9,570 nucleotides of DNA from Clostridium sp. CAG:167 (GTDB lineage: Bacteria > Bacillota > Clostridia > Lachnospirales > Lachnospiraceae): assembly GCA_000433735.1 (NCBI GenBank), contig HF998339.1, positions 3,037-12,606 on the forward strand. Reading direction: 5' to 3'. Made by a program: the position numbers and the translations under genes. Below the pieces are notes generated by a model. That model saw only the letters and a list, made by a program, of their open reading frames with translations. It searched no databases and had not been told where the DNA came from. Below, one piece after another: positions 7,018-9,570 of the stretch. Numbering within the stretch: the stretch's first letter is position 1; each line of letters starts with the position of its first letter.

Positions 7018-8189
7018 ATTTAATTCGCAACATAGTCAGACTGACGGCAAACCGTTATAAAAATGCACGGTTTTCAACGGTATTTCTGACAATTACTTTA
7101 ATTTTATCTATGTTTGTAATTTCTGTGGCTACTAGTTTTGTGGCTCAGATCTTACAGGCACAAGATGCAAAGAAGAAGGCAATGCCTCCCCATGGTATGG
7201 CAGTTAACTTTTACTGCGAAGGAGAGGAAGAGTTCAAGATAGATGCATTGAAAGATATGCTGTCTGTGGCAAAATCGGGACAGGGGGTCATGATCCATCA
7301 GGTTTTGATCCATATTGACAAGGATGATGTAGGAAGTTATGTGCCGGTAAGTGCCCAGTATCTGGGAGCAGATGGACAGTGGCAGTATCCTATCACCCAG
7401 GGAAGATCTTATACAAAGCAGGAAATATGCCAGGGAAAGAAGGTAGTTCTCATAGGTAAAAGTCTCAGACATTTGGTTGAAAAGAAAAATGGAAAGTCTT
7501 ATCTGAGTCTGGGAAAACAGCAGTATGAGGTGCTGGGAGAAGTGGGCGTGAAAAACCAGAGTTCGCTTTGGGATAACCGCCTTTTTGTGCCGGCAACTGC
7601 TTTGCCAGAGGATGTAGAAAACCAATTGCATCAACTTAATATGGTCAGCATGATCGTATATTCACAACAAGGAGATACGGCTGATCTGCTGGAAAGCATG
7701 AAGAAGGAAGGGCAAAAACAGATGAAAACCCTGACTTATGATGAACCGCAGGCAATCGAGACAGGGGATGTGCTGAAAGATCTGAGTAACAGCCAGAATC
7801 GGATTTTCCCATTGGCTGTTATGGGATATCTGCTGTCACTTTTATACAGTATCAATATCATGCATTTTTGGCTGGGAAAAAGACGGTACGAGATTGGTGT
7901 CAGAAAGGCATTTGGTTTTACCAATAAGAAGATCTTAGCACTGGTAATGGAGGAAATGTTTGGTATCCTTTTTATCGCATGGATTGTTACGATGGTGATT
8001 CAGTGGATCATTAAGATGTGTGTAGGAACTATATTTACACAATACACATTATCCTTGTATAAAGAAAATATTTTGATTGGTGGATTTATAGTTATCTTTA
8101 CAACCTGTATGGTAGCGTTGACTTCCATACGGAAAATATTAAAAATTTCACCAGCCATCATATTAAAGGAGGGAGACACAAATGCGTGA
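7014..8189 (+). CDS. ABC transporter permease, FtsX/MacB-like (P3)
   Basis: 391 aa. It has an N-terminal TM (TVFLTITLILSMFVISVATSF) and a MacB_PCD-like motif (ITQGRSYTKQEICQGKKVVLIGKSL...LGKQQYEVLGEVG). The FtsX domain carries GKRRYEIGVRKAFGFT. Its start overlaps the A1 stop in ATGA at 7014-7017. Confidence 0.85.
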   Translation: MNLIRNIVRLTANRYKNARFSTVFLTITLILSMFVISVATSFVAQILQAQDAKKKAMPPHGMAVNFYCEGEEEFKIDALKDMLSVAKSGQGVMIHQVLIHIDKDDVGSYVPVSAQYLGADGQWQYPITQGRSYTKQEICQGKKVVLIGKSLRHLVEKKNGKSYLSLGKQQYEVLGEVGVKNQSSLWDNRLFVPATALPEDVENQLHQLNMVSMIVYSQQGDTADLLESMKKEGQKQMKTLTYDEPQAIETGDVLKDLSNSQNRIFPLAVMGYLLSLLYSINIMHFWLGKRRYEIGVRKAFGFTNKKILALVMEEMFGILFIAWIVTMVIQWIIKMCVGTIFTQYTLSLYKENILIGGFIVIFTTCMVALTSIRKILKISPAIILKEGDTNA

Positions 8190-9360
8190 TATTGTTCGGA
8201 ACATCTGGAAACGAAAATGGTCCAATTTTCTCCTTTTTCTGCAGTTATTTATTGCTTTGATGTTTATGACAGATGCCTATGTGTTGTACCAGGGAGTGTT
8301 CCAGTATTTTTCGGTTGTAAGAAAAGATATACAGGCGGATGTCGGTAAAACCCTGAATATTAAGGTGGACGCACAGGACATGGAAGCAGGTTTATCTTCT
8401 TTTGAAAAGAACCTGCTTGCATCAGGAAAAGTAGACAAACTAGGTGGATTTAAAAGTCATTTGTTTGAGAGCCCATCTCTAAGTGGAGAAGAATTGGATA
8501 GTATTATGTTGTCTGACAATCTGGAGTGGCTGAAGGAAATACCGGTGGTCAGTGGTAAAAAAGTATCACAGGTCAAATTTGACTAGGATAAGAAGGGTTC
8601 AAAAAACGATCCTTTATCCATTTGGATCTCCCAGGATCTTTGTAAAAAACATCATTTAAAACTGGGACAGATCATAACAGATATAGATGATAAATGCTAT
8701 ATTCTTCAGGGAATGACAGATTCCCAGGGATTGTGGTTTAACGACAACCTTGTATCTCAGAGTTATGTTTCGCTGAAAAACACAGTTGTTGTGGAAAGTG
8801 GAGTGAAGAGCAACACACTTCAGGATCTGTATGCGTCAATTCCAGAAGGGGTAACGGAAAAAGAGGCCATTAAGGCGGTGGAAACAGCAGGAGATCTCTG
8901 TAAGGTAGATGTAAGTGCCAAAACGGTGGATACAGTTTTGAAAGCAGCATATGATGAAGCGATGGAGGACAATTTTATCTGGTTATCCGGTGCCGTTTTG
9001 ATTATTTCCTTTGTCATGATCGCCACGATTACTCTGATGTCCGCCCGTATCTATGAGAGAAAGAAGGAAATCGGCATCCGGAGGGCGGTAGGATATACCA
9101 GTGGCAGGCTGGCAGTGCTTTTTACGCAGGAACTGTTTTTCGTAGGTGTATTGGCCTGGCTCACAGAGGGAATATATGCCTGGTATGTATATGGACAGAG
9201 CCAGGATGGCAGCGTGGAGTTCTCCCAGGGACAGTTTGGTTTGCCATTGTTTTTTGTGAGCGGTCTGTTTGTCGTGATACAGATCATTCCGGCTTGTATT
9301 TTTGCCATGAGACAGATGGGAAAGATGCAGCCACAGAAATTAATAGGAGGCAGTGAGTGA
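8182..9360 (+). pseudogene. ABC transporter permease, FtsX-like (P4), interrupted by a single in-frame TAG at 8584-8586
   Basis: ORFs 8182-8586 and 8713-9360 are in the same frame. The 126 nt between them translate without stops to DKKGSKNDPLSIWISQDLCKKHHLKLGQIITDIDDKCYILQG, which is a typical MacB_PCD segment. The conceptual read-through product is 392 aa (P2 is 397, P3 is 391). It has an N-terminal TM and a C-terminal FtsX domain (YERKKEIGIRRAVGYT). A GGAGG SD lies upstream of 8182. There is no convincing SD before the ATG at 8713. Confidence 0.7.
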
Positions 9361-9361
9361 C

Positions 9362-9570
9362 ATGAGCATAATCGAATTAAAAGATATAGGAAAAATCTAT
9401 GGAAAGGGGGACGCAAAGACAGAGGCACTAAAACATATAAACTGGACCGTAGAAGAAGGAGAGTTCTGGTCTATTGTAGGTCCTTCCGGATCGGGAAAGA
9501 CAACTTTGCTGAATGTTTTGGGATGTATGGATAAACCTACAAGTGGTGAATACCTCCTGGGAGGAAAAAG
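9362..9570 (+). CDS. ABC transporter ATP-binding protein (A2), 3'-truncated by the window edge
   Basis: It is not in the ORF track because no stop is reached. My translation from the ATG at 9362 is MSIIELKDIGKIYGKGDAKTEALKHINWTVEEGEFWSIVGPSGSGKTTLLNVLGCMDKPTSGEYLLGGK. That contains Walker A and is clearly paralogous to the A1 N-terminus. It starts 1 nt after the P4 stop. Confidence 0.9.
   Translation, partial: MSIIELKDIGKIYGKGDAKTEALKHINWTVEEGEFWSIVGPSGSGKTTLLNVLGCMDKPTSGEYLLGGK

Noticed and set aside
8584-8586. The in-frame TAG in P4 could be a pyrrolysine codon or evidence of a reassigned genetic code.
   Set aside because: TAG appears to terminate three other genes in the same window at family-appropriate lengths. 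No pyl genes are visible, and FtsX permeases are not known pyrrolysine proteins. The codon is kept only as a nonsense mutation, sequencing error or read-through question in the findings.
3986-9570. The ABC block seemed to have lower GC content than the left block, which could indicate horizontal acquisition.
   Set aside because: My spot counts of individual 60-nt lines were heterogeneous in both blocks: roughly 30-53% on the left and 22-57% on the right. I cannot support a compositional boundary without a proper sliding-window calculation, and no integrase, tRNA or flanking repeat is present.

Overview
This window looks like chromosomal DNA from a spore-forming Firmicute, probably Clostridia-like. 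That is an inference from gene content (a GerA/SpoVAF-family protein, a YtvI-like AI-2E permease) and GGAGG-type ribosome binding sites. The left 3.7 kb holds five genes. They are the 3' part of an AI-2E/YtvI-like membrane protein (+), a minus-strand pair (DUF4250 small protein then a GNAT acetyltransferase), a stand-alone GerA/SpoVAF-family spore germination protein (+), and a convergent endonuclease IV gene, nfo (-). A 284-bp AT-rich divergent promoter region follows. The right 5.6 kb is one tightly packed plus-strand operon of six ABC-transporter genes in the order permease, permease, ATPase, permease, permease, ATPase; the last gene is cut by the window edge. All four permeases are single-FtsX-domain, MacB/LolCE-like (type VII ABC) proteins. 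By eye P1 resembles P3 and P2 resembles P4, which suggests a tandemly duplicated three-gene module encoding a heteromeric permease pair. The fourth permease is interrupted by a single in-frame TAG at 8584-8586, and clearly coding sequence continues in the same frame. I saw no rRNA, tRNA, CRISPR array, transposase or long repeat. Nothing here is demonstrably a new system. The most unusual items are the duplicated heteromeric FtsX-type module and the in-frame amber codon.
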